Assembly (NCBI GenBank): GCA_023231475.1
Contig: JALJEE010002128.1
Location: 1 to 64,000 of the forward strand
From: Seison nebaliae
Taxonomy: Eukaryota
DNA: 64,000 bases
Direction of reading: 5' to 3'
Positions within the stretch are counted from its first letter, which is position 1; the number at the start of each line of letters is the position of its first letter. Shown here piece after piece: positions 61,501 through 64,000 of this stretch. A program made the translations under genes and the position numbers. Under the pieces are notes generated by a model. That model made no database searches, was not told where the DNA came from, and saw only the letters and a list, made by a program, of their open reading frames with translations.

Positions 61501-63042
61501 ATTGTTGTTGTTGTTATTAGTTTTCGTATTAATTGAATTCATACGTCGCATTTGTGCTTCCACATCTTCTTTCACTGGTAAATTCTTCATAATTTCTTCG
61601 TTCTGATTATTTTGATTATTCTGATTCTGGAAAGAATAAAGTAAATTACTAATGATTTGATAAAGAATCTTCTGATGAGCATTGTTGGTGGTGGAATTAT
61701 TGGAAGTTGAGTTGACAGGTGAAGGTGACGTGGAGGAAGTGGGAGATGAATTGGAAGACGTTAACATCTGTCCCGTCGATGTAACATTCGATCCCGAATT
61801 ATTGATTGTAATCGTCGTAGTTGTTGTTGGTGTAGTAGCGCTACTCGAATAATTTAGTAGTTTGTTTGCTAATAATAGATTCGTATTTAACGGATTCGTA
61901 TTCAACGCATTCGTCATTCCATTACTCATACCGTTCTGATGGAAATTATAATCATTCTCTTTCTGCTCCTCATTCTCATTCGTCAAATAATTCTCATTCA
62001 CTTGATCATTCTGCTGATTATGATGATGAATATTCTGTTGATGATGTTGATGATTCGTTCCATAATAATCAGTTGACGTATCGAATTTCGTCTCGTTTGA
62101 TGGTTTCGTTTCCACCGGATATTTCGGTTTTAAATTCTTCAATCGTTCAATTGCTACATTCGAACGAGAGAATGCATGCATTCGATAATATGATACACGT
62201 TGTTTCTCCGTTAATCGATCCCATGGTTTCGCTTTCGATAATAATTCACTAACCGTTCCTTGTGAGAGACCCAGCACATATTTTGCAAATACTCGTTGTC
62301 CGATGTTGTTCGAAATGAGAATATTCTTCGTATCTCTAGCAATATCTTCACTTCCCATTCTCTTACCTGACACTTCGTCAACTAAATCGACGAACGGAAA
62401 TGTCACGTCATATAATCCGGAATTAGTTCCGTTATCCTTCTCGCCCATAAACGAATATACGACATTTCCTCGATTATCAGACGTCGATGGATCTGTACAA
62501 TTATTACTATTGTTGACGTTAGGAAAAGATTTATTTGAATTTTTTATGATTGTCGACGGATTTGTTGTTGTCATCGTTGTCGTCGATGATGGAATTGATG
62601 TAGAAGGTCTATCTTGATTATTGAGCATTTCCGTCATGTCAAATATCATTCGATTTAATTTTTTAAAAGTTGCAGTTGGATCTGGCAGGGTGAGGAACTT
62701 CCTCAACAATTGTTGTTGGAATTCGGTGAGGGAATTTGAATCGATCAATTGTTGCACGAAATTTTCGAGTTGAGTCCAATTGAAATCATTCCACTGTTTC
62801 ACCAACTGTTCAACATGCTCATTAATGAACGTTAAACGATTCTTATCCAACATATTGTTATGTAACGAGTATTGTTCTAATAACAATATTGATTCACCAT
62901 TATTGGTGTTGCCATGGCAACTGGTCGATAATTCACTATAATGATTCTTATTAGGAAAAATATCTTCAGTGGAATTAAGTCTCGTCGTAGTTGTTGTCGT
63001 TCCATTGAATGGTGATGTCTCCGCTGATATCGGCTCATCCAT
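58531..63042 (-). CDS. cux: Cut-class homeobox protein (Cux/cut): three CUT repeats plus homeodomain; upstream exons may lie 5'
   Basis: CUT1 [28 protein letters not shown]; CUT2 [40 protein letters not shown]; a degenerate CUT3; homeodomain KRRVHF...WFHNHRSR with His50 as in Cux. Poly-N/Q/T tracts are present, and the frame stays open to 63144. Confidence 0.92.
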   Translation of the reverse strand: [1503 protein letters not shown]

Positions 63043-64000
63043 TTCCAATCGATAAAAGAAATTTAACAGAAAATTCAAATGAAATTGGAGCGAAGATTGG
63101 AGAGTTGTCTTCTGTTCGTCGATTGAAATTTCACTCGAAAACAAAAAATTATTCCACCCAACAAACTAATTGATGAATTGATTGATTTGCTTATTGATTG
63201 ATGTAGGACGAATCGATCAATATATCTCGGAATAGAATTGGAGAATAATAATCGATAATGTCTGATCAAAACATCTGTCCCAATGACCGAGATGACGTAG
63301 ACCAAACGACAATCAATTAACTAATTGAATGAGGCAAATAAGACAAAAAAACTCTCTGCTGAAGACTAAATGAAATCAGTATGAAAATCCAAATTATATC
63401 AATTGAACATAAAATTCAAATTTTTCAATACATTTATGGAGCAATTCGAAATGAAATTTCAATTTCCTCCAAATACAACTCTTCAATTCATTTCCCACAA
63501 TCAGATTCTCTTTCTGATTCATTTACAATTACAACATTTAATTTCAATTATTCAAATTACTTAGAAAAAAATTAGAAGAAAAAAATTATAAATTTTTAAA
63601 ACTACTTTTAAAATTTTTTTCTGATCTCCGCTTCGGAAAAACTGAAAAATTTTAGTTTTCGTTCATTCTGTCTCTAAATTTATCATCGATAATTTGACAT
63701 GATGTCAAATATTAATCTATTTTGTTAGAATTAATTTAAGAAAAATATTGAATTTTCCAGAAAACTATCAAAATAAATAGTTGAGAAGGAAGTAAAGAAT
63801 GAAAAGAATCAATCGAAGAAATACTAGAAAATATGGATTGATGAAAAGACATAAATGGTAAGAATCGAAATGGATGAAATTGACGGATGGAATTGATTAT
63901 GCCGATTCTGGAAATGAAGAGACAGTAGAACAGGCAATAAATGAACAATCGTTTTCTAATTGGCTCGATTAATTGGGGGTGGGGAGGAGACACAATTGGT

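Overview
This is AT-rich eukaryotic (metazoan) DNA from a compact genome with very short introns, mostly about 42-60 nt. The taxon cannot be fixed from this window; a small spiralian or gnathiferan invertebrate is only a guess. Supported genes in order: an orphan secreted protein, a clan-3-like cytochrome P450, a single-exon protocadherin-like gene, SNX1/2, RBM22 followed closely by MRPL36, a transmembrane poly-Thr mucin-like gene, a ZIP8/14-type transporter, a divergent 7TM protein, an intact but catalytically dead Ty3/Gypsy pol-derived ORF, a 20-exon VWD/C8/TIL/EGF/SUEL-lectin protein with a large K/R-rich insert, a C2H2 zinc-finger gene, STX17, a PGGHG/GH65-like gene and a Cux/cut homeobox gene. 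Mobile-element relics include a LINE fragment, a hAT MITE with an 8-bp TSD and pogo-like TIRs. The most notable observations are: (1) almost every intron I could reconstruct begins GTT rather than GTR; (2) the VWD protein is a candidate bioadhesive, combining a sea-star Sfp1-like domain set with a flatworm ap1-like cationic region; (3) the pol ORF looks like a domesticated retrotransposon gene with all catalytic acidic residues lost; (4) RBM22-MRPL36 may be an operon resolved by trans-splicing. All exon structures were reconstructed by hand and need RNA-seq confirmation.
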